DNA of 64,000 bases from positions 192,001 through 256,000 of the forward strand of contig JAZDJN010000087.1 in the NCBI GenBank assembly GCA_043803945.1, given 5' to 3'. The DNA comes from a bacterium. Lineage in GTDB: Bacteria; Bacteroidota; Ignavibacteria; UBA10030. Below are positions 1 to 8,931 of this stretch, piece by piece (position 1 is the stretch's first letter; the number at the start of each line of letters is the position of its first letter). Both the position numbers and the translations under genes were made by a program. The notes under the pieces are model-generated. The model had not been told where the DNA came from. It made no database searches and saw only the letters and a list, made by a program, of their open reading frames with translations.

Positions 1-993
1 ATCGGGAATCGTACTGCCGTTCATAGTGTTCTTGCGTGCTGCGGGAATGGCCTTGATCGTTGCCTCCAAGAAAGTGTGCACGACACCTTGTCGCTCTTCC
101 TTCGTCATACTTTTAAGGTGATCTTTGTCAGCAAGCATGTCGAGGTTGAGAGCAGCAAATCGGTAATATGTTGCGGAATTGAATTCCAGCGTACTCGTCA
201 TTCCGGCGCCAGATTCTTCCTTGGGCTGCAGATCATCCACAGCGGCAAAGAAATCGATTTCATTGTCGACTTTATGTGTGGATAACGCGTGAGAGAACAT
301 TGAAGCCGCCTCGACAGTCAAAGAGTGATCGTTGGCAACCATGCGTCCGAACAGAGCAATGTCGGCGGCATCCTTAGGAAGGCTTTTTGCCTCCTTCTTT
401 TCGCCTTTGAATGCTTTTTGCACAGGTAACTTAAGGATCTTGGCTACAAGTTTGCTAAAAGCTTTAGCAGACAGTTTCTCCTCGCCCCGTTTGGGTTTTT
501 CAACCTCCTCCTCTGCCTCATCCTCGCCGTCTTCCTCATTTGACAACTTTGCCGTGTCGACCGACTGGATTGCATCCATCAACTTCTGCTTGTCACTTTT
601 TGGCAGGGAGTGAAGGAGGTTAGCGAAAATCTCGTATTCTAGAGGTGAGAGAAAAACGAGAGTCTTAACTTTCCCAACCTGCTTTGGATCGAGTTTGGCC
701 AGATAATGTCCAGCACAGAGAGAAAGAGCATTCGCGGTTTCTTCGGCCTCGCCGAGTTCTCTGAGCGCTGAAGAAATCCTCTCTATGAACAGACGGCTTC
801 GCTTTCCTTTGAATTGGCCCGACGTGTCCAGTTCTTTTTCAGCCAACTCTCGAATCGCTCTCTTCCACGATTGGCTCGAAACCCGAGCCCGCTGAACACC
901 GCCAAAGATTGCTGTCTTGGGAGAATTAAGATCGTCTCGATTGAGGCATGCGACGGGAACGGATTGAATGATATGCAATTCCAAATGTCTCAT
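1..993 (-). CDS. cas7: Type I-E Cascade backbone subunit Cas7/Cse4 (3'-truncated by window edge)
   Basis: Absent from the ORF track. Hand translation from ATG at 993 (AAGGAG RBS at 1001-1006) gives MRHLELHIIQSVPVACLNRDDLNSPKTAIFGGVQRARVSSQSWKRAIRE...AADIALFGRMVAND...IDFFAAVDD...GAGM...EFNSATYYRFAALN, which are classic Cas7e motifs. Confidence 0.95.
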   Translation of the reverse strand, partial: MRHLELHIIQSVPVACLNRDDLNSPKTAIFGGVQRARVSSQSWKRAIRELAEKELDTSGQFKGKRSRLFIERISSALRELGEAEETANALSLCAGHYLAKLDPKQVGKVKTLVFLSPLEYEIFANLLHSLPKSDKQKLMDAIQSVDTAKLSNEEDGEDEAEEEVEKPKRGEEKLSAKAFSKLVAKILKLPVQKAFKGEKKEAKSLPKDAADIALFGRMVANDHSLTVEAASMFSHALSTHKVDNEIDFFAAVDDLQPKEESGAGMTSTLEFNSATYYRFAALNLDMLADKDHLKSMTKEERQGVVHTFLEATIKAIPAARKNTMNGSTIPD

Positions 994-1004
994 GGGAAAT
1001 CTCC

Positions 1005-1721
1005 TTATGGATTAGTGTTGTTTTCTTTCAAATCAATTGGTGCAAGCAACAGCAGACCGAAACCAAATCCCTTAGCGCTGCCGATGCCGCATTGATATGA
1101 TTCGATGAACTTCTCGTGGTCGGTCACTTCCAGCATCCCCCGAAACTGCACACCGCCATGGTATGCGGCATCCACTTTGCGGCGAAAATGGTTTTCCACC
1201 ATTGGGCTGATTTCGAGAGGCCTTTCTTCCACGATTCGAAATCCGCCGGGTGCATCCACTCCTGCTTTTTCATCTCGACATCGGATTTTTCCTTTCCGAA
1301 CAAGCCATGCTCGCAGTTCTTCAGGCTTGACAAGCGGTACGCGTTTCCCCTTCGTTCGCTTTCGATTTTGTCGGAGCAATATTGCTCCGTCTGGGCCTCG
1401 TTGGTCAATACATTTGGTGGGGTTGGCTCGCAAGTCAAAAGCATAGTACCTATGATTGAGAAACGAAGCAGAGATCTCTTTGAGATCGAAGCCTTCAGCG
1501 GGACACCATTTCGGACGTACGGGCCTTCTCTTGGACAAGATCCAAAGTCGAAAAGCCCCTTCAAGAACATCGATTCGGGTAAGAAAACCAATCTCCTTAC
1601 GCTTCTGATCTGGCACGTCGGGAAAACACTCCCAGAGTTTCTTGTGCCAAGCGTAGCTGTCTGAAATGCGTTCAGCTCGAGCGGTTTCTCTATCAACTTC
1701 TAAACGGGCAAGCCAGTTCAT
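1005..1721 (-). CDS. cas6e: Type I-E crRNA-processing endoribonuclease Cas6e/Cse3
   Basis: DSYAWHKKLWECFP, FDLRANPTK and a C-terminal G-loop GIGSAKGFGFGLL. Start placed at MNWLARL (1721), an ATGA overlap with the cse2 stop. Confidence 0.95.
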   Translation of the reverse strand: MNWLARLEVDRETARAERISDSYAWHKKLWECFPDVPDQKRKEIGFLTRIDVLEGAFRLWILSKRRPVRPKWCPAEGFDLKEISASFLNHRYYAFDLRANPTKCIDQRGPDGAILLRQNRKRTKGKRVPLVKPEELRAWLVRKGKIRCRDEKAGVDAPGGFRIVEERPLEISPMVENHFRRKVDAAYHGGVQFRGMLEVTDHEKFIESYQCGIGSAKGFGFGLLLLAPIDLKENNTNP

Positions 1722-2209
1722 GTTTCCTCCTCGGTCGTAGAGGCAGGCACAGTACCTGGTGCCCAGAAAGCGGCTGCCCATTTGGTTTTAATCCGGTCGT
1801 TCCAAAACTTGAGATCAATCTGCAGTTGTTCATAGTTGACTGGAACATCTTGTGATTTTGCCATAAGAACCATCCGCATTACGCGGGAGTGCAACTCTTC
1901 TCTTTCCGCCGCCATCAAATGCTGAAACCTACGTTCCGTTGGGGTCAACTTGTTGTCATCGCCTGTTTTTTCACCTCGCCTTAGTTCAATTGCTTTACAG
2001 GTTGTACCAAAGTTTCCTATGGACGTTTCTTCAGGATGGGTAGCGAAGAGTCCGGCGATGAATGTTAGAACTTCATCGTTGATTGGCACCCCGAGTCGGT
2101 TTAGTGCCGGCCACGCACGGTGTTTCTTGTTGTCCACAAGTATGCAGCGAAGGTTGGCCCTGATCCCTCGATCATCTTTATGTTTGCGGAGTTCGTGAAA
2201 CCAGCTCAT
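1718..2209 (-). CDS. cse2: Type I-E small subunit Cse2/CasB (Cas11)
   Basis: 163 aa; DRGIRANLR, ERRFQHL, PVNYEQLQIDLKFW, KWAAAFW; lies between cas8e and cas6e. Confidence 0.92.
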   Translation of the reverse strand: MSWFHELRKHKDDRGIRANLRCILVDNKKHRAWPALNRLGVPINDEVLTFIAGLFATHPEETSIGNFGTTCKAIELRRGEKTGDDNKLTPTERRFQHLMAAEREELHSRVMRMVLMAKSQDVPVNYEQLQIDLKFWNDRIKTKWAAAFWAPGTVPASTTEEET

Positions 2210-3858
2210 ACGTTGTCCTCCTTTAATTGGTTTTTATCAGATTCGCGTTCTTCACGCGTTGATGTCAACTTCTGCCACCCTTTAGCAAAGGCGCGCATCT
2301 GTCGCGGTGTCTCTTGTCCACAGGCGATCTTGTAAGCCTCCTTGGCGGCAAAGAAAAGCATTCTTCGCCAGGCATCCCGCGTTGGGATTGCGGTATCGGT
2401 TCCGATGGCTTCTATGTGAGTCATAAGAAAGGGTAATTGTTTCTCGACGGTGGTCCAGTATGAAAGGAAGGCAGCTTCAGCTAATCTGTCTCTTAGGGCA
2501 CTTTGCTCTTTTGCTTTCGTTCTCTTGATGCGAGGTTTCCAATCCGCGTCGATCGTCTGGCGATAATCTTCTATTGCCCATCTTAGTTTTCTGGAAAAAC
2601 CCTCTGCACCTATTATCTTCTCCGCCCTATCACCCTGAATCTCTGTCTGATATGTGGACAAATGGTTTTGGAATACCGGGCTGATGTGGAAGACGGATTC
2701 GAGTGCGATGTCCATTGAAGCTTTATCGCGAGTCATAGCACAGACATGAAAATCGAATTCAGAATCAGAAGGGGCATTCGACATTGCCAATGGTCCGCCA
2801 AGACCATAGGCTGAACGAATTACGAGTAGTGAAGACAATTCACGCCATAACGCTTTCTTTGGATCGACTCTGAACACCCTCCGCTCACTCGTTTCTCTGC
2901 CATTCTTATCTTTGCTCGTGACCACACGAACAGCGGCAGTCGGTTCCGCAGCAAACCCATTCTTGAATGTGTCATATTTGAAGCCATTGCAGCAATACAT
3001 TTGGTCTGTCCCATGAACAAGGCGAATCCAACGCGATATCGGTACTAGCCTCCCAAGGTATGTGCTTGTTGCGTTTACCGCTTCATCGGACTGCTTGTCC
3101 GGTGAGTCAGGAAAGAACTCCCATACTGGTCGACCTAATTCCACATTCGTGTAAGTGTCACCCTTTTTCTTGTCAGTAGTGAATATTCGATAGGTGTTTT
3201 GAACTGTTTCAAATGTTGGAATATTCAAGTGAATAGTCTCCAACAACGACATTCCACGAAAAAGGCAGTGCGCCATCGATTGTGACAAGCAAGGAGCATC
3301 TGGGTTTCCGACTTGTGAGGTTTTTACGGTTTTCCATTGAGCGATGGGTGAACCACCACCGGAGGAGAAATTTTGAAAAGTCAGCAGGTTCAATGCAATT
3401 CGCTCGGGTTCGAGATTGCGTGAAGCCCTTTGTCCGCCGTGATCGTTGAGAGTTGAATTGTGCCCGGTTGCTAACTCAAAATCAAGAAGGGCTACCGGAG
3501 ATGTTTTCCCAGAATCACTACGGTTCCTTCTCACACCTTTCAAATCTGCCACCTGCAACCAGGGCTTCTTCTTGTGAAACAACTCAAACGAGTCCTTCCA
3601 ATCCGTCAGATACTTCCGTACTTCTTTAGGCAAGTTTATCGGCACTTCGCGCCACTCGTTGTAATCTTTCGGGCCGTCAAGCGCCGCGTGAGCAACACAG
3701 AGAAAGAGGCGCATCAAGGAAACCCGCTCGTGTGGCCGTACCGCCAAGTCGGCGTATCGGGATCCATTCGACAGAACTTCCAAGAGGCTGACACCGCCTA
3801 GAATCCTATGTCCGTTGAGATTAACAACGGGTATCCACGGGTCAAATGCTATGTTCAT
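2206..3858 (-). CDS. cas8e: Type I-E large subunit Cas8e/Cse1/CasA
   Basis: MNIAFDPWIPV start, FELFHKKKPWLQV; 550 aa; directly downstream of cas3. Confidence 0.92.
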   Translation of the reverse strand: MNIAFDPWIPVVNLNGHRILGGVSLLEVLSNGSRYADLAVRPHERVSLMRLFLCVAHAALDGPKDYNEWREVPINLPKEVRKYLTDWKDSFELFHKKKPWLQVADLKGVRRNRSDSGKTSPVALLDFELATGHNSTLNDHGGQRASRNLEPERIALNLLTFQNFSSGGGSPIAQWKTVKTSQVGNPDAPCLSQSMAHCLFRGMSLLETIHLNIPTFETVQNTYRIFTTDKKKGDTYTNVELGRPVWEFFPDSPDKQSDEAVNATSTYLGRLVPISRWIRLVHGTDQMYCCNGFKYDTFKNGFAAEPTAAVRVVTSKDKNGRETSERRVFRVDPKKALWRELSSLLVIRSAYGLGGPLAMSNAPSDSEFDFHVCAMTRDKASMDIALESVFHISPVFQNHLSTYQTEIQGDRAEKIIGAEGFSRKLRWAIEDYRQTIDADWKPRIKRTKAKEQSALRDRLAEAAFLSYWTTVEKQLPFLMTHIEAIGTDTAIPTRDAWRRMLFFAAKEAYKIACGQETPRQMRAFAKGWQKLTSTREERESDKNQLKEDNV

Positions 3859-6431
3859 TCATCCTCCTTATCACCTGTTTTTTCGATAACCACACCTAAC
3901 TGAATGTCCCAGCGCAGAACAACGCCTTTCTTCAAATCCCTCACTGCAATAGCTCCATCGCCCTGAACAAGACCAACGCACTGGCGACCGCGCAAGTATC
4001 GTGCAATTAAAGGATTCCCCTCAGTCCTTTCAAAATGGTAATCCGGTATCTTCACGAGATTGCGGTGTATTCCCTGCGCCGTTGTCAGTTGAAATTCCTC
4101 GCCTCCAAGCGTACAACTTGTTTTATCAATAAATTTGACCTTGGTTTCTGATAATGAGCGGCACAAGACCAAAGAGAGGTGAGGTAGTTCGTTGATACGG
4201 GTCTGCACACCTTCCTCATCCTCAAGAGCAACCTGCCATAGGTTGCTACTCATGAGAGCTTTTCCTTTCAGTGCCAATGCTTTGCCATACGTATCGTTCA
4301 GAAGCTGATGCCAACCGCTTGGTTCTTTCCTGCGTTCCTTGTAGGTTGCTTCGATTAGCTTCCTGATGTCGAAGGGGATGCTTACCTTCTTACGCTTTTT
4401 CCACTGCTCAAGTGATCGTAATAGTACATACGGATCATAGACAAACGCTTTCTTGCCGAGTGCCCTTACAATGTCCTTCTTTTTCAACTTCCGAAACTCC
4501 TGGATGTTTTTCTCTTCCTCGAGAATGCACGTTCGGGGTTTCGAAAGAGGCCTGTTCTCCCGATCATGACGCCATAGCCGACCCATGCGCTGGAACAACA
4601 TATCGGTGGGAGCTAATTCTGTAATAAGGAAATCCGCATCAAGATCTACACTCTGCTCAACAATCTGGGTTGAAATGAGAAGTGAGCCACAGCGCGTAGG
4701 GCTGTCTTTCTCCAACCGATCCATCCATTCTTTTTCCAATTGTTCCCGACGCCAGAACGGGAACCGGGAGTGCAGCAGGCCGATAGGAAAATCCACGTTG
4801 TTCTGACTGCCGAAGTAACGATAGACTCGTTGAGCAGCATCTACCGTATCGCAAACCCACAGAACACACCCTCCCTTTAGTGCCACCTTGATCGCTTCAG
4901 CTATTGCATCTCTTTCGGATTTAAAAACGATTTCAACGTTTCGTGAATCCGGCGGGGTTACAGCAACCGGCTTAGCGATTTTTTCTTGCCGTCGCCCCGT
5001 GATGAGCGGATACGGTTCTCGAGCTCGAGTGTTGACGTTGTCTTCATGAATTGAAATTATCTGCCCGCGCCTTTTTCGTGATAGTGTAGCTGAGAGCACA
5101 ATGACTGTGCAACCAAGCCCCTCAAGTGTCTCAATCAAACGATCGATTAATGTGCCGGTATAGAGATCGTAAGAATGGATTTCGTCGAGGATTACCACCT
5201 TGCCGGCGAGGGCAAAATGGCGCACAAAAAAGTGTTTTGCAGCCACAATGCCCAGCAGAGCCTGGTCAATCGTACCGACCCCAAATGGTGCGATGAGTGC
5301 TCGCTTTGCTGAAGAGAACCAATCTCGTCCGATCTCAGCATTTTCCTCTACCCCCTGTGCTGTTGACGCGGGAGATAGAGCAAGTTTCTGATCCAGAAGC
5401 CACGAATTGCCATGAATGATCTTGCTTCCCACGGCGTCTGGTGCAATACGTTTGACAAATTCCGCCATCCGAAGATGCATTCGGTTGCTGGTAGCTTGAG
5501 TCGGTAATGCGAAATAAATGCCATGTGCTTTTCCGACTGTAAGAAGGTTGTAAGCCGAGCCCAACGCTGCTTCCGTTTTGCCCATCCCCATAGGCGCCTC
5601 AATAACATAAACACCGCGGTCAGTAATTGTGGAGAGAGCTGCTGATTGCATCTTGTTAGGGGCGAATTGAATATACGGTTTTTGTGGATCGTGAAAGAGG
5701 TCGTGGAATGAAAGGCCGCGAACAATTTGTGGGCGAACGCAACCGATTCCATCAAGACATCTGCCGGCTGCTTCGACAGCCTTGGGAGGCTCCATTCCCC
5801 CTTCAACGGGGAAGTAACGCTCATCGGATCCGATCCAATCGGCGACAGAGGTTAATCCTGCGAGCCACCAAAGCGCGGGGGACACATCATCGATCAGAAG
5901 CCCTTTCAAGTCTACCTCGAACTGCGATAGTATATAATCAGCAGCCTTGTTCCGTTCCTTATCCCACTCTATCCCGCTTCGCTGTTCTGTAATTGCTTTC
6001 CGTGGCGTGAATTCCCTGTCATTCGGTGGGCTAAGTCTTCCGTGATGGCCACCCAGCACAGCAGAGAGAAATTTACTGGTTCTCTGATCCACCCCATTGT
6101 TGTTAAAAAACTTCTGCACTGCAGAATGGGTTACCTTTCCATGGTCGGATTCCATCGCAGTATCCCAAACACTATTTCGAGCAATCTCCAAAAGTCTTCT
6201 TTCTTCAAGCCACGCCTCACACTTACGTTGGAACCCAGGAGATATCTTGCCCAAATCATGAAGCGCTGCGAGTGCACCAACCAATGATTGCTTAAGTTGA
6301 AAAAGGTTTAACAATTCCGGGACATCCCTCACCATCGAACGAGCAACACACCCAACATTCATCATGTGTTCAACAACGGAGATTCCCGGTCGAAAATCTT
6401 TCGTGGTTTTGGCCCAGAAGTCAACCATCAT
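3855..6431 (-). CDS. cas3: CRISPR-associated HD nuclease/SF2 helicase Cas3
   Basis: FWAKT start, HD motif LHDLGK, HHG, ADWIGS, Walker A APMGMGKTE, DEIH, SAT, QRMGRLWRH. Confidence 0.97.
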   Translation of the reverse strand: MMVDFWAKTTKDFRPGISVVEHMMNVGCVARSMVRDVPELLNLFQLKQSLVGALAALHDLGKISPGFQRKCEAWLEERRLLEIARNSVWDTAMESDHGKVTHSAVQKFFNNNGVDQRTSKFLSAVLGGHHGRLSPPNDREFTPRKAITEQRSGIEWDKERNKAADYILSQFEVDLKGLLIDDVSPALWWLAGLTSVADWIGSDERYFPVEGGMEPPKAVEAAGRCLDGIGCVRPQIVRGLSFHDLFHDPQKPYIQFAPNKMQSAALSTITDRGVYVIEAPMGMGKTEAALGSAYNLLTVGKAHGIYFALPTQATSNRMHLRMAEFVKRIAPDAVGSKIIHGNSWLLDQKLALSPASTAQGVEENAEIGRDWFSSAKRALIAPFGVGTIDQALLGIVAAKHFFVRHFALAGKVVILDEIHSYDLYTGTLIDRLIETLEGLGCTVIVLSATLSRKRRGQIISIHEDNVNTRAREPYPLITGRRQEKIAKPVAVTPPDSRNVEIVFKSERDAIAEAIKVALKGGCVLWVCDTVDAAQRVYRYFGSQNNVDFPIGLLHSRFPFWRREQLEKEWMDRLEKDSPTRCGSLLISTQIVEQSVDLDADFLITELAPTDMLFQRMGRLWRHDRENRPLSKPRTCILEEEKNIQEFRKLKKKDIVRALGKKAFVYDPYVLLRSLEQWKKRKKVSIPFDIRKLIEATYKERRKEPSGWHQLLNDTYGKALALKGKALMSSNLWQVALEDEEGVQTRINELPHLSLVLCRSLSETKVKFIDKTSCTLGGEEFQLTTAQGIHRNLVKIPDYHFERTEGNPLIARYLRGRQCVGLVQGDGAIAVRDLKKGVVLRWDIQLGVVIEKTGDKEDE

Positions 6432-6451
6432 TCAAGCCTTCTTCGTCATTT

Positions 6452-7225
6452 TCAAAACAACCTCTTCTCCATCACTCCCAGCCTCAGATCCTCAATCCGA
6501 ATTATTGCAGCAGAGCGGCTCACGCCGAACCGCTTCATCAGCGCAACAGTAAGCTCCCCCTGACTAGCACCCTCGTACTCATGCTCGATCCGCTTGCAGT
6601 CCTCCATCGGCAGCAGCAGCTCGGCGGCAAAGAAATTTGCTTTGATCTCCTTGAACTTCTCTTTCTGCTCCCGCCGCAATTCGATAAGCAACTGTTCGTT
6701 CTCTTTATTATTGATTTCTGCAAGCTCCGGTTCATCCGCTCCGAAGATATCGCGCTTCGTGCATCTTGCCGATACGACCTGTCGCGACTGCGCTGTTTCT
6801 TCCTCCTGGAAAAGGGGAATCGTGTTGTTGTTTTCATACTTGAGATGAACTGGTTTATAGTAGTCGTTGATAAAATGTCCAAGCTCGTGGGCGAGCGAGA
6901 ATTTCCGCCTCTCCTCAGGATCTGTCTCTTCGATGAAGATAATACCTCCACCGTGGTACGCGTAAAGAAAGCCGGCCAACGCGGAGTAGCGGTCGAGAAC
7001 CTCCTCCTCAAAGGGGAGTTGGAGCCGCTTCAACGTAGCGGTGACCTTATCTATCTCAAGGCCCTCGATCCGCTGGATCGCGATCTGAAATGTTCCACCT
7101 ATCATCGTGCAGAGAGAGCTGAACGTAATGGGATAGCTGGCCAGATTCTCCCCGGTTATCCTCGCGTGTTCCAGGAACCAGATCACTACGTCTCGCGTGA
7201 TTAGATGGCGTTGCTCGTGCTTCAT
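6452..7225 (-). CDS. ImmA/IrrE family zinc metallo-endopeptidase (DUF955-like)
   Basis: IIFIEETDPEERRKFSLAHELGHF (HExxH), EIKANFFAAELLLP, and the family's C-terminal HTH-like motif RFGVSRSAAIIRIEDL. Confidence 0.92.
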   Translation of the reverse strand: MKHEQRHLITRDVVIWFLEHARITGENLASYPITFSSLCTMIGGTFQIAIQRIEGLEIDKVTATLKRLQLPFEEEVLDRYSALAGFLYAYHGGGIIFIEETDPEERRKFSLAHELGHFINDYYKPVHLKYENNNTIPLFQEEETAQSRQVVSARCTKRDIFGADEPELAEINNKENEQLLIELRREQKEKFKEIKANFFAAELLLPMEDCKRIEHEYEGASQGELTVALMKRFGVSRSAAIIRIEDLRLGVMEKRLF

Positions 7226-7749
7226 TTGTGCTTCTTTCTACGCAAGTGCGTGTCTGGATGTAATTCCTTGGGCCGTGCCGCAAACCGAATCGATCCCGAT
7301 TTATCTTGAGGGTGCTGTAGCTCCCAAAAGCGCAATCCATTCAGCAACCATTCAGCTAGCAGTTTAGAAGTTTCGTCCGGCAACCTATATTCACTACAGA
7401 TAAATCCCGCTACTCCGCGCACCGTGCTGGTGGACAGAGGCATCATCTCGGTAAGTAGGTGTTGCATTACCGCTCCCGAGACTCCAGCTCTGTGCGCTGC
7501 ATCTGTTTCACTCCATCCATTTGCCTCGAGTGTTTTGCCCATCGCTTCGCCAACTGAGCAGGGTGCTTTATCAACATCGCTGGATTGCACAACCCCGTAA
7601 GGGATTGATTGCTCCTTAACCGCTGTTGTACTTTCACTCGCTATCGGTTTATTGGTTTTGCATATTTCCCGTAGAGCTTCCAAAAACTTTTCGTCATTCT
7701 CATCTGCTGCTTGAAAGAAGTTTTCTATCAAGGGGTTTTTCGGCTTCAT
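7222..7749 (-). CDS. Hypothetical protein with central XRE/Cro-C1-like helix-turn-helix; putative peptidase substrate or regulator
   Basis: VGEAMGKTLEANGWSETDAAHRAGVSGAVMQHLLTEMMPLS resembles HTH_3. Start at MKPKNP (7749) gives an ATGA overlap with the sigma gene stop; its own stop overlaps the peptidase ATG. Confidence 0.65.
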   Translation of the reverse strand: MKPKNPLIENFFQAADENDEKFLEALREICKTNKPIASESTTAVKEQSIPYGVVQSSDVDKAPCSVGEAMGKTLEANGWSETDAAHRAGVSGAVMQHLLTEMMPLSTSTVRGVAGFICSEYRLPDETSKLLAEWLLNGLRFWELQHPQDKSGSIRFAARPKELHPDTHLRRKKHK

Positions 7750-8294
7750 TGTTGTTTTTCCCATTTAGCTTTCAATTTATTGCATGCACGTCTGAGCCGC
7801 TTCATCAGATTTCGGCATTCTTTAATAGAAAGACCAAGTTGTTGCGCTGTTTCCCGATAGATATGTTTTGAATTTGTCTTCTGTAGAATTGAGATAAGGA
7901 CTTCCAGCGTTGTGGCCAGGTCATCAGGCAGGTGCTTCTGAAGAAATCCAGTTAAGAGATCGGCTTCGTGTGTAGGTTGACTTTCTTCCAACACTGGATG
8001 GTCGTCTGGATTCTCATCGGCAGAGAAGTATTCATGTTTAAACTTTTTCTTCTTTCGGCCACGATCCGGCAGCATGTTGTGTTGCAGTAACCACCATGCC
8101 CACTGAACTTCTGATATGTGCTTTGATTCGTCAAAGGTTTGCATTGCCTTCAACCAGGCGTCATTAATAAGATCATGGGATTCGTCTTCCGAAATGCCGC
8201 GACTAAAAAGAAATTTGACCATCCGTTTATATTGATTCGGATATTCAGCTTCCACGATCGAAAATACTGCAGATTGTGTTTTAAGTTTAGTCAT
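7746..8294 (-). CDS. ECF-type sigma-70 family RNA polymerase sigma factor
   Basis: 182 aa. Region 2-like ESHDLINDAWLKAMQTFDESK..QWAWWLLQHNMLPDRGRKKKK; region 4-like LPDD...YRETAQQLGLSIKECRNLMKRLRR. Confidence 0.8.
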   Translation of the reverse strand: MTKLKTQSAVFSIVEAEYPNQYKRMVKFLFSRGISEDESHDLINDAWLKAMQTFDESKHISEVQWAWWLLQHNMLPDRGRKKKKFKHEYFSADENPDDHPVLEESQPTHEADLLTGFLQKHLPDDLATTLEVLISILQKTNSKHIYRETAQQLGLSIKECRNLMKRLRRACNKLKAKWEKQQ

Positions 8295-8749
8295 GACCTT
8301 TATCTAAATATATGCAGTCACCCCCCCAATTTGCCATTATCCTTCAGCCGGGCAGCGAGATAAAATAGCAGCCGGGATTGTCCCAAAGGTGCGAATGACC
8401 TGACCAATTCGATAGTGTGCAGAATGTGGTAGGTAAGATTATGTTTTTCACCCCGGTCATTTTCCGAATGCGCAAAGAACATAGAAAACCCTCCCTCAGT
8501 AGTTAGAGTTATATGTATCCATCCTTCGTGTGCTAATTTTTATCATTGATGTAATAACCAGCGATCGCAATGGATGCGTTCAAGTCGGCACTGTGCGCTG
8601 GTTATACAGTGGTGTGATGGGATAATGTTATCCTTTTCAGACTTCAATAGCAATGCAAGGATTCCTATGATAAAGGTTTCCTTCTCCCCCGATCTCACTT
8701 GGATGAAGGAAACCTTTTACTCATGCCCTCGTGCTCTCTCCACGCAATG

Positions 8750-8870
8750 TATACCCAATCCTGTTCATCCTGTCTATCGATGTTCTCACCCCCTCACTCT
8801 TTCTCCCCCTCTCCCCCTCGTACACTCACACCCTCTTACCCTCTATCTACTCCCCTCATTGCCCTCTTCT
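8750..8870. repeat. Pyrimidine-rich degenerate short tandem repeats
   Basis: atcctgttcatcctgtc followed by C/T-rich ~8-mers (ctcaccccctcactctttctccccctctccccctc...) in the intergenic region. Confidence 0.5.
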
Positions 8871-8931
8871 TCAATTTTCTGTATCTTCTTATTATTACTA
8901 TTGGCCGAACATCAATAATTGGATATTCCGT

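Noticed and set aside
1-8930. CRISPR array near the cas genes
   Set aside because: No regularly spaced ~29-bp direct repeats were seen anywhere in the window. cas5, cas1, cas2 and any array would lie beyond the left edge.
8731-8931. 67-aa N-terminal extension of ArgH in the ORF track
   Set aside because: It translates low-complexity repeat DNA; ArgH similarity starts at 8932. Similar over-extended starts were trimmed for cas6e, the aminoacylase, the TonB receptor, DUF6305, and the 40151, 46591 and 60883 ORFs.
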